A stretch of DNA of 64,000 bases, from assembly GCA_021823405.1 (NCBI GenBank), contig JAKAOA010000002.1, positions 12,434 to 76,433 of the forward strand. The letters are read 5' to 3'. Shown here in pieces: positions 41,035 through 53,551 of the stretch. The translations under genes were made by a program, and so were the position numbers. The stretch's first letter is position 1, and each line of letters starts with the position of its first letter. Under the pieces are notes generated by a model that did not search any database, was not told the DNA's origin, and was given only the letters and a program-made list of their open reading frames with translations. The stretch is from Bacteroidota bacterium. Lineage in GTDB: Bacteria; Bacteroidota; Bacteroidia; JABEUT01.

Positions 41035-41739
41035 ATGAGAAAATCAGTATTACGTTTTACAATTTTTCTTCTTTTCTTTAGCTTTTCTTTCGTAATGCCC
41101 GCAAAAGCATTTTGGCTGCTTGGCTTTTCAAATGCTTTTACCCTGTCGCCGGGCTCTATCGGCTTCATTGGCGGCACCGGAGGTCAATTAACGGGGGTGG
41201 GAGCGCCGGCGTTATGGAGTTATACTCCCTTCCTTGCTCATGCGGGCATTCGCGTTGGGATAGCTAAGAGAATCGACTGGGGATATCGGCTCTGTACGGT
41301 AGCCATGCCCTATTCGAGTGCGGGTCCTACCTTAGGCGCCGAAACGGATTTTAAAGTACGGGTAACGCCCGATAGCAGCAAATGGCAAGTTGCAGTAGTT
41401 GGCGGCGGGGCTTACTCTTATTTAGCGCTTGCAGGCCGCTCGCGCAACGCATGGGCGCCCGGCGTAGCACTTATTCTTAGCCATTCTTTATCCAAAAGGG
41501 TAATTGCAAGCATAAATGCCAGATACGTCTATACTGCCATACCAAGCGCCGAAGGCGGCTCGTTAAAGAACAATCTTACGGCGGCAGGCGGCAGCTTTAA
41601 CCTTGGATTTAAAATAAATGATTATACAAGCATCATTCCCGAGGCAGGCGTCTTCGATTTTCGCGGAAACCTGAACGGTGCGCCTATGAATGGCGTTGGT
41701 TTGCAATACGGCATCATTATCTCCGCCAGGATAAAGTAA
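41035..41739 (+). CDS. Hypothetical secreted/outer-membrane Gly/Ala-rich protein
   Basis: Signal peptide MRKSVLRFTIFLLFFSFSFVMPAKA. Confidence 0.45.
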   Translation: MRKSVLRFTIFLLFFSFSFVMPAKAFWLLGFSNAFTLSPGSIGFIGGTGGQLTGVGAPALWSYTPFLAHAGIRVGIAKRIDWGYRLCTVAMPYSSAGPTLGAETDFKVRVTPDSSKWQVAVVGGGAYSYLALAGRSRNAWAPGVALILSHSLSKRVIASINARYVYTAIPSAEGGSLKNNLTAAGGSFNLGFKINDYTSIIPEAGVFDFRGNLNGAPMNGVGLQYGIIISARIK

Positions 41740-41970
41740 AAATGTAATTTCCGGACTATTTATAATATTTTCGGCATTGAACGGATAACCACCCTTTATT
41801 AAAGAAAGATGGCTCTCAAGAGAGCCAAGGAAATATTTATGGGGCTGTACCCATTTTTGGCGAAGGGAATTTATATTTATGTTATCTTTGCAGCATTCGA
41901 AACCCGCATTAATAGAATTTGGAAAATCTGCACGAAAAAAAATCTTCAAAAATTTTCAACAAAAATTTAT

Positions 41971-41997
41971 TTTGTAATTAAATAAGTACTATCTTTG
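41971..41997 (+). promoter_or_regulatory. Bacteroidetes-type sigmaA promoter for rplL: -33 TTTG (41971-41974) and -7 TATCTTTG (41990-41997), 19-bp spacing
   Basis: Both consensus elements seen with canonical spacing about 45 bp upstream of the rplL ATG. Confidence 0.5.
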
Positions 41998-42042
41998 CGC
42001 CCCTTTTAAAAATAATACAATCCCAAAAAACAAAAAAACCCC

Positions 42043-42423
42043 ATGGCAGATTTAAAATCATTCGCAGAACAGTTGGTTGGCTTGTCTGTAAAAGAAGTCA
42101 ACGAATTAGCTAAAATATTAAAAGACGAATACGGTATTGAACCCGCCGCTGCCGCCGCAGTAGCAGTTGCCGCCCCCGGCGCTCCCGGAGCAGGCGCAGC
42201 AGCCGCAGCCAAAACCTCCTTCGATGTAATTCTTAAGAACGGAGGTCAGGCAAAACTTCAGGTAGTAAAAGTTGTAAAAGAACTAACCGGACTTGGACTC
42301 AAAGAATCGAAAGACCTTGTAGACGGAGCGCCCAAACCGGTAAAGGAAGGCGTATCAAAAGAAGAAGCAGAAACTATTAAAGCAAAATTAACCGAAGCAG
42401 GAGCCGAAGTTGAGGTTAAATAA
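42043..42423 (+). CDS. rplL: 50S ribosomal protein L7/L12
   Basis: Ala-rich hinge and conserved C-terminal domain (..[12 protein letters not shown]). Confidence 0.95.
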   Translation: MADLKSFAEQLVGLSVKEVNELAKILKDEYGIEPAAAAAVAVAAPGAPGAGAAAAAKTSFDVILKNGGQAKLQVVKVVKELTGLGLKESKDLVDGAPKPVKEGVSKEEAETIKAKLTEAGAEVEVK

Positions 42424-42590
42424 GGGCAGAACCCCGCATATTACAACTACCATTAACCAGGATATATTGCCGGAATTCAGGCAGTTATGTCTTGGTTAGG
42501 TCTGTTTTTGTCAGTTCGTTATTCGTTAGTTTCTGAATCAGGTATTCGTATTCGCCAGTTCATTTTTTTAATCCACCGACCTTAATAAAT

Positions 42591-45500
42591 ATGGCTATGT
42601 CACCAACCAGCAAGAAAAAACAGCGCATCAACTTCTCATCCGCTAAATTCCATACCGATTACCCCGACTTTTTGGATATTCAGGTGCAGTCCTTCAAGGA
42701 CTTTTTCCAACTGGAAACAACCCAGGAGAACAGGAAAAATGAAGGTCTTTATAAGGCATTCATGGAAAACTTCCCCATCAGCGACGCACGTAACGTATTC
42801 GTACTCGAATTTTTAGATTATTTTGTTGACCCTCCACGCTATACCATGGAGGAATGTATTGAAAGAGGGCTTACTTACAGCGTACCCCTCAAAAGCAAAA
42901 TGAAACTATATTGTAACGACCCCAATCACGTTGATTTTGAAACAATAATACAAGATGTTTACCTCGGCACCATACCCTATATGACGCCTCGAGGAACATT
43001 TATCATTAACGGTGCCGAGAGGGTAGTTGTATCACAATTACACCGATCTCCGGGTGTATTTTTCGGACAGAGTCGCCACCCTAACGGAACAAAGCTCTAT
43101 TCAGCTCGCATCATTCCCTTCAAAGGCGCATGGATGGAATTCGCCACCGACATAAATAATGTATTATACGCCTATATAGACCGCAAAAAGAAACTACCCG
43201 TTACCACCCTGTTCCGCGCCATCGGATTTGAAACAGATAAGCAGATACTTGAACTTTTCGGACTGGCTGATGAAATAAAAGTTACCAAAGAATCGCTTGA
43301 AAAATCGGTAGGCAGGAAACTGGCGGCAAGAGTGCTGCGCACCTGGGTAGAGGACTTTGTAGACGAAGATACCGGTGAAGTGGTATCAATAGAGCGTAAT
43401 GAAATAATTGTGGAGCGTGAAACTATCCTCGAAGAAGCCCATATTGACCGTATCCTTAAATCCAAGACCGAATCTATCATCCTCCACAAGGAAGATAAGA
43501 AAACTGCCGATTATGCCATAATATACAGCACCCTGCAAAAAGATACCACTAACTCCACAAAAGAAGCGGTGCATTTTATCTACCACCTCTTACGTAGCAC
43601 CGAACCCCCTGATGAAGAAACCGCCCGGGGTATAATCGACAAACTTTTCTTCTCCGATAAACGTTACGATCTTGGCGAAGTAGGTCGGTTCCGAATTAAT
43701 AAAAAATTGGGAATGCAAACTCCCGAAACCACAAGAGTATTGACCCGCGAAGATATAATAGCCATTGTAAAATATCTTATAGCCCTCATCAATTCAAATG
43801 CCGATGTGGATGATATTGACCACTTGAGCAACAGGCGTGTAAGGACTGTTGGCGAACAACTCTATGCCCAGTTCAGTGTAGGATTAGCGCGTATGGCAAG
43901 AACCATCCGCGAAAGGATGAATGTACGCGATAATGAAGTGTTCACTCCACTTGACCTTATAAATGCCAAGTCGCTCACCTCGGTAATCAACTCTTTCTTC
44001 GGTACCAACCAGCTCTCGCAATTCATGGACCAGACCAACCCTCTCTCTGAAATAACGCACAAACGCAGATTATCGGCGATTGGACCCGGTGGCTTGTCGC
44101 GCGAAAGAGCAGGTTTTGAAGTACGGGACGTACACTACACCCACTATGGACGGCTCTGCCCCATAGAAACGCCGGAAGGACCAAACATCGGTCTTATTTC
44201 ATCATTGTGCGTGTTTGCAAAAATAAATCCCTTGGGCTTCATCGAAACCCCTTACCATGAGGTAGAAAAAGGGAAAGTAGCAACATCCAAAGAACCCATT
44301 TACCTGTCGGCGGAAGAAGAAGATAATAAGGTAATAGCTCCAAGCAATACACCTGTGGCAGGCGAAGGTACATTTGAAGAATCACAGGTTAAAGTCCGCT
44401 TCAAAGGCGACTTCCCGATTGTAGAGAAGAACAAAGTTGACTTGATGGATGTGGCTCCCAATCAAATTGCTTCAATAGCCGCCTCATTAATTCCATTTCT
44501 GGAACACGACGACGCTAACCGCGCGCTTATGGGCTCTAATATGCAACGCCAGGCAGTACCTCTTATGAGACCGGAAGCGCCAATTGTAGGAACCGGACTC
44601 GAAAGAAATGTCGCCGAGTTTTCGCGCGTACTTATAACAGCCGAAGGAACCGGAGTGGTGGAAAGGGTTGATGCTAAAGAAATTGTTATACGTTATAATA
44701 GGAACGAAGAGGAAAAACTCTTAAGTTTCGAGGGCGATATAAAAACTTACCCCCTCACCAAATTCAGAAAGACAAACCAAAGTACCTCTATAACCCTTCG
44801 CCCCATTGTGAAAAAAGGCGAAAAGGTTGCCAAAGGACAGATACTGTGCGAGGGCTATGCCACCTCCGACGGCGAACTTGCACTCGGCAGAAACCTGAAA
44901 GTGGCATTTATGCCTTGGAAGGGATACAATTTTGAAGATGCTATAGTTATTTCGGAACGTGTGGTAAGAGAAGACCTCTTCACATCTATACATATTGACG
45001 AGTATTCCCTTGAAGTGCGCGACACTCGCCGCGGACCTGAAGAACTAACCCCCGATATACCGAATGTAAGCGAAGAAGCCACTAAAAATCTGGATGAAAG
45101 GGGCATTATTCGGGTTGGTGTTGAAGTAAAAGAAGGCGATATATTGATAGGTAAAATCACTCCCAAAGGCGAAAGCGACCCCTCACCCGAAGAAAAACTC
45201 CTGCGCGCCATATTCGGCGATAAGGCGGGCGATGTGAAAGATGCATCCCTGCGCGTTCCATCAGGCGTTGAAGGAATGGTAATCGACTGCAAGCTGTTCA
45301 TGAAATACCTGAAAGATAAAAAAGCGAAGGCAGATGAGAAAACCGAATTGGATAAAATAGATAAGGAATACGCCAGAGATATTGAAAAACTGAAAGCTGA
45401 ACTGGTTGAAAAACTCTTCGCCATACTGAACGGAAAAGTATCAAACGGAGTATATAATAACCTTAAAGAGGAATTGATTGAGAAAGGAACGAAATACACA

Positions 45501-46409
45501 CAGAAATTACTCGAAAAGGTAGATTTTCTCCAAGTGAACCCCAAACGCTGGACCCACGATAAGGATAAAAACGCCTTGATTGAGCAAATCATTCACAACT
45601 TCAACCTTGCAAACAATGAGCTGCTTGGAATAAACAAACGCAAAAAGTTTGCCATTACAGTCGGAGACGAACTACCATCAGGCGTTAACCAAATATCGAA
45701 AGTATATCTTGCACAAAAGAGAAAACTGAAGGTAGGCGACAAAATGGCAGGACGACACGGTAATAAAGGCGTAGTTGCCCGTATTGTAAGAGAGGAAGAT
45801 ATGCCATTCCTCGATGATGGAACACCTGTGGATATTGTACTCAATCCCTTAGGCGTGCCATCGCGTATGAACCTCGGTCAGATTTATGAAACCGTACTCG
45901 GATGGGCTGGACTTAAATTGGGCGTGAATTTTTCAACCCCGATATTCGACGGCGCTTCCATTGACCAGATTAAAGAATTGACAGAAAAAGCAGGGGTTCC
46001 GACCTTCGGAGCAACCTACCTCTGCGACGGCGGCACAGGTGAACGTTTCGACCAGCCGGCAACGGTAGGAGTAATATATATGCTTAAGCTGGCGCACATG
46101 GTGGACGATAAAATGCACGCACGCTCCATCGGACCATATTCGCTCATTACCCAACAACCGCTCGGCGGTAAAGCACAGTTCGGCGGACAACGTTTCGGCG
46201 AAATGGAAGTATGGGCGCTGGAGGCATTCGGCGCATCGCACGTACTTCAGGAAATGCTTACTGTAAAAGCGGATGACGTGATAGGAAGAGCAAAAACTTA
46301 TGAATCGATAGTAAAGGGAGACAACCTTCCGATACCCGGTATACCCGAATCGTTCAATGTCTTGCTTCATGAATTGCATGGTCTGGGTCTCGAAATGAAA
46401 ATGGATTAA
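42591..46409 (+). CDS. rpoB: DNA-directed RNA polymerase subunit beta
   Basis: 1272 aa with conserved RpoB blocks. Confidence 0.97.
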   Translation: MAMSPTSKKKQRINFSSAKFHTDYPDFLDIQVQSFKDFFQLETTQENRKNEGLYKAFMENFPISDARNVFVLEFLDYFVDPPRYTMEECIERGLTYSVPLKSKMKLYCNDPNHVDFETIIQDVYLGTIPYMTPRGTFIINGAERVVVSQLHRSPGVFFGQSRHPNGTKLYSARIIPFKGAWMEFATDINNVLYAYIDRKKKLPVTTLFRAIGFETDKQILELFGLADEIKVTKESLEKSVGRKLAARVLRTWVEDFVDEDTGEVVSIERNEIIVERETILEEAHIDRILKSKTESIILHKEDKKTADYAIIYSTLQKDTTNSTKEAVHFIYHLLRSTEPPDEETARGIIDKLFFSDKRYDLGEVGRFRINKKLGMQTPETTRVLTREDIIAIVKYLIALINSNADVDDIDHLSNRRVRTVGEQLYAQFSVGLARMARTIRERMNVRDNEVFTPLDLINAKSLTSVINSFFGTNQLSQFMDQTNPLSEITHKRRLSAIGPGGLSRERAGFEVRDVHYTHYGRLCPIETPEGPNIGLISSLCVFAKINPLGFIETPYHEVEKGKVATSKEPIYLSAEEEDNKVIAPSNTPVAGEGTFEESQVKVRFKGDFPIVEKNKVDLMDVAPNQIASIAASLIPFLEHDDANRALMGSNMQRQAVPLMRPEAPIVGTGLERNVAEFSRVLITAEGTGVVERVDAKEIVIRYNRNEEEKLLSFEGDIKTYPLTKFRKTNQSTSITLRPIVKKGEKVAKGQILCEGYATSDGELALGRNLKVAFMPWKGYNFEDAIVISERVVREDLFTSIHIDEYSLEVRDTRRGPEELTPDIPNVSEEATKNLDERGIIRVGVEVKEGDILIGKITPKGESDPSPEEKLLRAIFGDKAGDVKDASLRVPSGVEGMVIDCKLFMKYLKDKKAKADEKTELDKIDKEYARDIEKLKAELVEKLFAILNGKVSNGVYNNLKEELIEKGTKYTQKLLEKVDFLQVNPKRWTHDKDKNALIEQIIHNFNLANNELLGINKRKKFAITVGDELPSGVNQISKVYLAQKRKLKVGDKMAGRHGNKGVVARIVREEDMPFLDDGTPVDIVLNPLGVPSRMNLGQIYETVLGWAGLKLGVNFSTPIFDGASIDQIKELTEKAGVPTFGATYLCDGGTGERFDQPATVGVIYMLKLAHMVDDKMHARSIGPYSLITQQPLGGKAQFGGQRFGEMEVWALEAFGASHVLQEMLTVKADDVIGRAKTYESIVKGDNLPIPGIPESFNVLLHELHGLGLEMKMD

Positions 46410-46482
46410 TAAAGCGGCTATGCGGCTTGAATAGTAGAAGTGAACTGCCTGAATTATAATTAATAACTCATAAAATTAAAAT

Positions 46483-49400
46483 ATGGCTTCTTCAAGGGAA
46501 CAAAAACAGAGAAGTAATTTTACCAAGGTAACCATCAGTTTGGCATCTCCCGAAAAAATTTTGGGAAGGTCGCATGGCGAAGTATTAAAGCCGGAAACTA
46601 TTAATTACCGCACCTACAAGCCGGAAAGAGACGGTCTTTTCTGCGAACGCATTTTCGGTCCTACTAAGGATTGGGAATGCCACTGCGGAAAGTATAAGCG
46701 CATCCGCTATAAAGGAATAATTTGCGACCGTTGCGGGGTAGAAGTTACCGAGAAGAAAGTACGGCGCGAACGCATGGGACATATCTCCCTCGTAGTGCCG
46801 GTAGCCCATATCTGGTACGTACGTTCGTTGCCAAGTAAAATAGGATATCTGCTCGGACTTTCCACCAAGAAACTCGAAATGGTGGTTTATTATGAAAAAT
46901 ATATTGTAATAGAACCGGGTGTACAAGCTGCCGCCGGAGTGAAAAAGTATGATTTCCTTAGCGAAGACGAATACCTTAAAATACTCGAATCATTGCCGAA
47001 GGAGAACCAGCACCTTGACGATAACGACCCGAATAAATTCATAGCAAAGATGGGAGGCGAAGCGCTATACGACCTTTTAAAGCGCATCGACCTTGACTCC
47101 CTCGCCTACGAACTGCGCCATAAAGCCAACACCGAAACTGCCCAACAACGTAAAAATGAAGCCCTAAAGCGTTTGCAGGTTGTCGAATCGTTCCGTCGGG
47201 CAAATACCCGCGTGGAAAACCGCCCCGAATGGATGGTGCTGAAGGTACTTCCTGTTATTCCGCCGGAATTGCGTCCTCTTGTGCTGCTCGATGGCGGAAG
47301 GTTTGCAACATCCGACCTGAACGACCTCTATCGCCGTGTGATAATTAGAAATAACCGTCTGAAACGGCTTATTGAAATAAAAGCGCCTGAAATAATCCTG
47401 CGTAATGAAAAACGAATGTTACAGGAATCAGTAGATGCTTTATTGGATAATTCAAGGAAATCAACCGCTACAAAAACCGAATCAAACCGCTCCCTTAAAT
47501 CGTTAGCCGATAGCCTTAAAGGTAAGCAAGGACGCTTCCGCCAGAACCTGCTTGGTAAACGTGTGGACTATTCAGCGCGCTCGGTGATTGTTGTAGGACC
47601 TGAAATGAAACTGCACGAATGCGGATTACCGAAAGACATTGCTTTGGAGCTTTACAAACCATTTGTAGTTTGTAAAATTATTGAAAGGGGTATTGTTAAA
47701 ACCGTAAAATCAGCCCGTAAACTTGTCGACCGCAAAGTAGCCGCCGTATGGGATATACTTGAAAACGTAATAAAAGGACATCCGGTATTGCTTAACCGCG
47801 CACCTACATTACACCGGTTATCAATACAGGCGTTTCAGCCAAAGCTGATTGAAGGCAAGGCAATACAGCTTCACCCTCTTACCTGTACCGCATTCAACGC
47901 CGACTTTGATGGCGACCAGATGGCTGTACACCTGCCGCTGGGCAATGCCGCTGTTCTCGAAGCACAATTGTTAATGCTCGCTTCGCATAACGTATTAAAC
48001 CCTGCCAACGGAGCTCCTATAACGGTACCGTCGCAGGATATGGTGCTCGGATTATATTATATCACCAAAATGAAAGCCAGCTCGAAAGCCGAAAAGGTTA
48101 AGGGGGAAGGTTTGTCATTTTATTCAGCCGAAGAAGCCATTATCGCCTACAACGAAAAGAAAGTTGACCTGCATGCTAAGGTAAGGGTGAAAACAACAGT
48201 GAAGGAAAAAGGTAAACTGACAGACAAACTAATAGAAACCACTCTCGGAAGAATACTCTTCAACCAGGCAGTGCCTAAGGAAATGGGCTTCATAAACGAA
48301 CTGCTCACTAAAAAGAACCTCCGCGATATAATTGCCGAAATTTTGAAGGTTGCCGGTATGGCAAAAACCGCCAAGTTCCTGGACGACATAAAGGACATGG
48401 GATACTATTACGCCTTTAAAGGCGGACTCTCTTTCCGTATAGACGACGTGATAGTACCGCAGGACAAAGAAAAAATGATAGATGCAGCCCGCGACCAGAT
48501 AGAAGAGGTTATGAATACCTATAACATGGGGTTCATTACCAACAACGAAAGGTATAATCAGATTATAGACATTTGGACGCATACCAATTCCAAGATAACA
48601 AAAAAGGTGCTTGACCAACTTTCCGCCGACCGCCAGGGATTCAATGCAATTTACATGATGCTTGATTCCGGGGCAAGGGGTTCGAAAGAACAGATACGGC
48701 AGCTTTCAGGCATGAGAGGTTTGATGGCAAAGCCCCAGAAATCGGGAGCCACCATGCAGGAAATAGTTGAAAACCCGGTTATTTCTAACTTTAAAGAAGG
48801 GCTTTCAATATTAGAATACTTCATTTCTACACACGGCGCACGTAAAGGGTTGGCTGATACAGCCCTCAAAACAGCGGACGCCGGCTATTTGACGCGCCGC
48901 CTTGTGGATGTTTCACAAGACGTTATTATAAACAGCGAAGATTGCGGAACACTGCGCGGATTAACGGCAACCACATTACGCAAAAACGATGAGGTGGTAG
49001 AAACGCTCTATGACAAGATACTTGGAAGGGTAAGTTTGCACGATGTACACGACCCTGCCACCGGTGAATTGATTGTTGCCGCCAATGAGGAGATAACAGA
49101 AGCCCATGTAGAAAAAATAAAGCAATCACCGATAGAAAGCGTTGAAATCCGCTCCGTTCTTACCTGCGAGATGAGAAGTGGCGTTTGCGCAAAATGTTAT
49201 GGCAGAAACTTGGCTACAGGCAGAATGGTGCAAAAAGGCGAAACGGTAGGTGTTATCGCGGCGCAATCTATTGGGCAGCCGGGAACCCAGCTTACACTGC
49301 GTACATTCCACGTAGGAGGTACGGCATCGAATATCTCCGCATCATCTAAGATAGAAGCCAAATATGATGGAAAGGTGGAAATAGATGAGATAAGAACCAT

Positions 49401-50787
49401 TATGCGTAACAACCCTGAAGGTGAAAAAGTGCAGGTGGTGATATCTCGCTATGCCGAATTGAAAATACTGGACAGGAACACCGGATTGGTGTTAACTACC
49501 GGCAATATACCTTATGGTTCCCAACTCTATACGAAAAACGGCGCCTTTGTAAAAGCAGGAGAGTTACTGTGTGACTGGGATCCATACAATGCTGTCATTA
49601 TCTCCGAATTTGCCGGTAAAACGGAATTTGAATATATCGAAGAGGGTGTAACTTTCCGGGAAGAATCAGACGAACAGACAGGTTTCAAGGAGAAGGTTAT
49701 TATTGAAACAAGGGATAAGACCAAGAACCCGATGATTAAGATTGTGAAGGGCAAGGAAGTGATGAAGACCTACAACATCCCTGTAGGCGCTCACATCATG
49801 GTAAATCATGGCGCCAGCGTAGAGACCGGTCAGATATTGGTTAAAATACCGCGTATCGCCGGTAAATCGGGCGATATTACGGGTGGTCTGCCGCGTGTAA
49901 CCGAATTATTCGAGGCGCGGAACCCTTCCAATCCGGCAGTTGTATCAGAGATAGACGGCGTAGTAACCTTCGGCAAAGTGAAGAGAGGAAATCGGGAAGT
50001 GATGGTGGAATCGAAAACAGGAGCCAAAATGACCTATCTTGTTCCGTTAAGCAAGCATATACTCGTTCAGGAAAACGACTTTGTGAAAACGGGAGAACCC
50101 CTTTCTGACGGGGCAGTAACTCCAGCCGACATTCTATCCATTAAAGGTCCTACAGCAGTGCAGGAATATCTGGTAAACGAAATTCAGGAGGTATACCGCT
50201 TGCAGGGTGAAAAGATAAATGACAAACATTTTGAAGTTATCGTTCGCCAAATGATGCGAAAGGTTGAGATTGAGGAAGCTGGAGATACCAACTTTCTTGA
50301 AAAACAACTTGTACCTAAGAGCGAGTTCATGGCGGCTAACGATGAGCTATATGGCAAGAAGGTAATAACCGATGCCGGCGATTCGGCTGCCTATAAGGTA
50401 AGCCAGCTTGTAAGCGCGCGTAAACTACGCGACGAAAACATCCGGCTGAAGCGCGAAGGCAAGAAGCTGATACAACACCGTGAAGCGGTGCCGGCAACTT
50501 CAAATCCTGTTCTGCAGGGTATTACACGCGCCTCACTCCAAACGGAAAGCTTTATTTCCGCTGCGTCGTTCCAGGAAACGGTAAGGGTGCTCAACGAAGC
50601 CGCCATCGGCGGAAAAGTGGACTACCTGCAAGGTTTGAAGGAAAACGTTATCGTAGGTCACCTGATACCTGCCGGAACCGGCTTACGGGAGTATGAGAAA
50701 CTGATTGTCGGCTCTATGGAAGAATACCAACGCCTGATGGAAAGCAAGCAGGAGAAGGAAGCCGTGGAAGCGGAGACAGTAAGATAG
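46483..50787 (+). CDS. rpoC: DNA-directed RNA polymerase subunit beta'
   Basis: 1434 aa. Zn-finger [28 protein letters not shown] catalytic motif. Confidence 0.97.
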   Translation: MASSREQKQRSNFTKVTISLASPEKILGRSHGEVLKPETINYRTYKPERDGLFCERIFGPTKDWECHCGKYKRIRYKGIICDRCGVEVTEKKVRRERMGHISLVVPVAHIWYVRSLPSKIGYLLGLSTKKLEMVVYYEKYIVIEPGVQAAAGVKKYDFLSEDEYLKILESLPKENQHLDDNDPNKFIAKMGGEALYDLLKRIDLDSLAYELRHKANTETAQQRKNEALKRLQVVESFRRANTRVENRPEWMVLKVLPVIPPELRPLVLLDGGRFATSDLNDLYRRVIIRNNRLKRLIEIKAPEIILRNEKRMLQESVDALLDNSRKSTATKTESNRSLKSLADSLKGKQGRFRQNLLGKRVDYSARSVIVVGPEMKLHECGLPKDIALELYKPFVVCKIIERGIVKTVKSARKLVDRKVAAVWDILENVIKGHPVLLNRAPTLHRLSIQAFQPKLIEGKAIQLHPLTCTAFNADFDGDQMAVHLPLGNAAVLEAQLLMLASHNVLNPANGAPITVPSQDMVLGLYYITKMKASSKAEKVKGEGLSFYSAEEAIIAYNEKKVDLHAKVRVKTTVKEKGKLTDKLIETTLGRILFNQAVPKEMGFINELLTKKNLRDIIAEILKVAGMAKTAKFLDDIKDMGYYYAFKGGLSFRIDDVIVPQDKEKMIDAARDQIEEVMNTYNMGFITNNERYNQIIDIWTHTNSKITKKVLDQLSADRQGFNAIYMMLDSGARGSKEQIRQLSGMRGLMAKPQKSGATMQEIVENPVISNFKEGLSILEYFISTHGARKGLADTALKTADAGYLTRRLVDVSQDVIINSEDCGTLRGLTATTLRKNDEVVETLYDKILGRVSLHDVHDPATGELIVAANEEITEAHVEKIKQSPIESVEIRSVLTCEMRSGVCAKCYGRNLATGRMVQKGETVGVIAAQSIGQPGTQLTLRTFHVGGTASNISASSKIEAKYDGKVEIDEIRTIMRNNPEGEKVQVVISRYAELKILDRNTGLVLTTGNIPYGSQLYTKNGAFVKAGELLCDWDPYNAVIISEFAGKTEFEYIEEGVTFREESDEQTGFKEKVIIETRDKTKNPMIKIVKGKEVMKTYNIPVGAHIMVNHGASVETGQILVKIPRIAGKSGDITGGLPRVTELFEARNPSNPAVVSEIDGVVTFGKVKRGNREVMVESKTGAKMTYLVPLSKHILVQENDFVKTGEPLSDGAVTPADILSIKGPTAVQEYLVNEIQEVYRLQGEKINDKHFEVIVRQMMRKVEIEEAGDTNFLEKQLVPKSEFMAANDELYGKKVITDAGDSAAYKVSQLVSARKLRDENIRLKREGKKLIQHREAVPATSNPVLQGITRASLQTESFISAASFQETVRVLNEAAIGGKVDYLQGLKENVIVGHLIPAGTGLREYEKLIVGSMEEYQRLMESKQEKEAVEAETVR

Positions 50788-50795
50788 AACAGAGT

Positions 50796-50832
50796 TTATA
50801 AAACCGGAAAGCCGCTCGAAAGGCGGCTTTCT
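50796..50832. terminator. Intrinsic terminator between the convergent rpoC and wecB genes: stem GAAAGCCGC / GCGGCTTTC followed by TTTTATTT
   Basis: 9-bp inverted repeat with 7-nt loop and a T-run. Confidence 0.7.
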
Positions 50833-50861
50833 TTTATTTAAACGGGCAGTACCGTTAAGAA

Positions 50862-52022
50862 TCATGAACGGCGTGCGCCATCAAAGGTCTCAATGATTTG
50901 TTCGCAGATAAATTCCGAGGCGCTGCCATCGCCATATAGCAATGGGAACTGCAATTCTTTATTTCCGTTGAGGAAGTGGTCGGCTCCTTGGCAAATCTTA
51001 TTATAATCGGACCCAACCAGCAGAGCGTTTTTGCTTTCCACAAGTTCGGGCCAGGGCGTTTCATCGAGCATGATAAGACATGGTTTCCTTACAAAATACG
51101 CCTCTTTTTGAACGCCTCCCGAATCGGTAATCACCAGGTCGGCATATCTCTCGAATGCTATCATATCCAGGAATGACGCAGGCTCGGTAATCTGTATTCT
51201 TTTACTAGAGAGGATATTGTGCAGCGCTGGCATTTCGGACAACTTTTGTTTAGTGCGAGGGTGAAGCGGAAGAACTATATTCCTGCTGTGTTTTTCAGCT
51301 ATCGACGCAAGTGCCTTCAAAATGTTTTCAAGCGTTTCCGCCTTGTCCACATTGCTCGGGCGGTGCATGGTTGCCAATATATAACTGCTTCCGCTAATCT
51401 TATATTTCCGGAATACATCCGCCTTCTTAACTTTATTGAGAAAGAAAAGGGTATTATCATACATTATGTCGCCGCACCTGAACACTCTCGGATTGTCTGG
51501 AGTTACAGGATGTCCGGTTCTATTCTCCAGAATGAACCCTTCTTTCTGCAAAGAGCGCATTCCTGCATCGGACGGAACGAACAACAACGAAGAAAAGTGG
51601 TCGCAGATAAGCCGGTTCACCTCTTCGGGGTATATCTTGTTGTAGCTTCGCACCCCGGCTTCAACATGGATGATGGGGATGAACAGTTTTATTGCCACAA
51701 GACAGGCCGCCAGGGTGGAATTTGTGTCGCCGTAAAGGAGCATGGCATCGGGGTTCTCTTTCAGAACTACCTCCTCTATCGCAATCATCATATTAGCGGT
51801 TTGTGCGGCATGGCTCCCTGAACCGATACCGAGGTTATACTTTTCCTTCGGTATTTCCAGTTCTTCAAAAAATACTTTCGCCATATTTTCGTCATAGTGC
51901 TGCCCTGTATGAACGATGACTTCGCGGATATGTTTGCTGAAATGCTTACGGATAGCCCTGCTGATGGCGGCAGCTTTTATGAATTGGGGACGGGCTCCTA
52001 TTACCGTTACAAGTTTTATCAT
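50862..52022 (-). CDS. wecB: UDP-N-acetylglucosamine 2-epimerase (non-hydrolysing)
   Basis: N-terminus MIKLVTVIGARPQFIK and conserved epimerase core. Confidence 0.85.
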   Translation of the reverse strand: MIKLVTVIGARPQFIKAAAISRAIRKHFSKHIREVIVHTGQHYDENMAKVFFEELEIPKEKYNLGIGSGSHAAQTANMMIAIEEVVLKENPDAMLLYGDTNSTLAACLVAIKLFIPIIHVEAGVRSYNKIYPEEVNRLICDHFSSLLFVPSDAGMRSLQKEGFILENRTGHPVTPDNPRVFRCGDIMYDNTLFFLNKVKKADVFRKYKISGSSYILATMHRPSNVDKAETLENILKALASIAEKHSRNIVLPLHPRTKQKLSEMPALHNILSSKRIQITEPASFLDMIAFERYADLVITDSGGVQKEAYFVRKPCLIMLDETPWPELVESKNALLVGSDYNKICQGADHFLNGNKELQFPLLYGDGSASEFICEQIIETFDGARRS

Positions 52023-53350
52023 AATTCCGTTCTCTTTTCGGGGGTAAGCGTATCGAACAGCGCCGCCAGTTGTTTAGTCAGTTCGGACGCCGAATATTGC
52101 TCAACATTTACCGACCGGATAGTATTCCTGCCTTCAAGGTAGAGTTGGTATAACATCTTCACCGTACTTTTCATTTTTTCCTTGTCGCCAAAATTACAAC
52201 AATAACCTGCATGGCAATTCTGAATAACATAAGCCGCATCGCCTTTTTCGGGACCTATAAGCAGGATAGGTCGCTGCGCTTTCAGGTAATCGAACAACTT
52301 TCCCGTCAGTACAAATTCGCTGTTAGGTATCCTGTCGATGGGGAGCAACAGCGCCTGCGCCGAACACAGGTGCGCAATGGTTTCGCGGTAAGGTATAAAA
52401 TCTATTTTCTTCAAATTGGCGCCCAGCTTATAACGTTCTATGGAAGCCAATACATCGGATGCTACGCTGCCTATCAGTTTTATCTCCAGACGGGCGGCGA
52501 AGTTGCTATCCTTCTTTACCATTTCCGCAAGGGTTTCCCACAAATCGTCACAGTTGCGGTTATTCTTAAAGCTGCCGACGTGAACGACGGTGAATTTCTT
52601 ATCGGGCGGATAGATCTCGGATAGGGGCGCAGCCGACTTGAATCCTTCGGTTTCGTTATAGCTGTTGTATATTACTGCCGAATCGCGGTTGTACCTGTCC
52701 TTGAATTCGTTATACATGGTGCGCCCGACAACCGTAACCGCGCTTGCGTTTTCAATCACCATACGTTCCAGCCGTTCGTGTTTACGCTTAGCCCATGGCG
52801 AAAGAAACATCTCGCCAAGGTAATCCATTGTAGTCCAGGGGTCTCTAAAATCGGCTACCCATGGAATGTGTAAATCTTTGCTCAACCGTTGCGCTATAAG
52901 GTGCATGGAATGCGGCGGGCCGGACGAAAAGATTAAATCTACCTTTCGGGCGGATAAAACCTTTTTAAGATATCGCACCGATGGCTTTACCCATAGTGCA
53001 CGGGCGTCCGGTATGAAGAAGTTGCCGCGGATGAACCACAGAATTTTAGTCACGAGCCGTTTTTTGCCTTCCAGGTTATCGAGTACCTTACCGTTTTGCG
53101 GCTTGCCCGACTTTACCGCCCGCGGGAAAAAATTGTTGGGCTCATATATTTTATATTTTATCGTTTCAATGCCTTCAGGTATTTCACGGATAAGGGCTTC
53201 GTCGTACAAGGCATAGTTCGGGTTATCCGCCGTATATACCATCGGTTCCCAGCCGTAGTTGCGCAGATACTTAACGAATCGAAGGCAGCGCTGCACGCTT
53301 GTTCCGCCGGCGGGAGGCCAGTAATATGTTATAATCAGGACTTTTTTCAT
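52019..53350 (-). CDS. Family 4 glycosyltransferase. The start is chosen at the ATG 53350 (MKKVLIITYYWPP); the track start is a TTG at 53374.
   Basis: GT4-like N-terminus and C-terminal GT1 domain. Stop/start overlap with wecB. Confidence 0.7.
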   Translation of the reverse strand: MKKVLIITYYWPPAGGTSVQRCLRFVKYLRNYGWEPMVYTADNPNYALYDEALIREIPEGIETIKYKIYEPNNFFPRAVKSGKPQNGKVLDNLEGKKRLVTKILWFIRGNFFIPDARALWVKPSVRYLKKVLSARKVDLIFSSGPPHSMHLIAQRLSKDLHIPWVADFRDPWTTMDYLGEMFLSPWAKRKHERLERMVIENASAVTVVGRTMYNEFKDRYNRDSAVIYNSYNETEGFKSAAPLSEIYPPDKKFTVVHVGSFKNNRNCDDLWETLAEMVKKDSNFAARLEIKLIGSVASDVLASIERYKLGANLKKIDFIPYRETIAHLCSAQALLLPIDRIPNSEFVLTGKLFDYLKAQRPILLIGPEKGDAAYVIQNCHAGYCCNFGDKEKMKSTVKMLYQLYLEGRNTIRSVNVEQYSASELTKQLAALFDTLTPEKRTEL

Positions 53351-53454
53351 GAACGGCATGTAAAAGTAGGACAAATCCGGGAATGCCAGATATGGAAAAA
53401 GTCAGGCAATTTTCGATTTTACTGGCAGATATTTTAATTAAGCCGCGTATCTTT

Positions 53455-53550
53455 GGGTATACACTTTTGGGGGTATTTTTTAGTTAAAAACTTGATATAC
53501 AGTATGTTAATGGTATACACAGGGTATACATTTGTATACCATTAGTATAC
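53455..53550. repeat. GGTATACC-box repeat, copy B: the 42-bp block shared with 24950-24992 plus four or five GTATAC-containing boxes in both orientations
   Basis: GGGTATACACTTTTGGGGGTATTTTTTAGTTAAAAACTTGAT is shared with copy A. GGTATACCATTAGTATACCC is the reverse complement of GGGTATACTAATGGATACC in copy A. Confidence 0.55.
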
Positions 53551-53551
53551 C

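Noticed and set aside
42006-42212. Ala-rich 68-aa ORF antisense to rplL
   Set aside because: It is a mirror of the Ala/Gly-rich L12 hinge codons on the opposite strand.
44855-45592. 245-aa minus-strand ORF (and others at 43172-43489 and 45933-46379) inside rpoB
   Set aside because: Antisense to a highly conserved gene with a Ser/Phe-rich low-complexity translation. This is the typical antisense artefact.
51219-51821. 200-aa plus-strand ORF inside wecB
   Set aside because: Antisense to the conserved epimerase. Rejected.
24950-53550. Repeats A and B as boundaries of a 28-kb mobile element
   Set aside because: The interval contains rpoB, rpoC, rplL, ssb, argH and other core genes. The repeats are better explained as a dispersed family.
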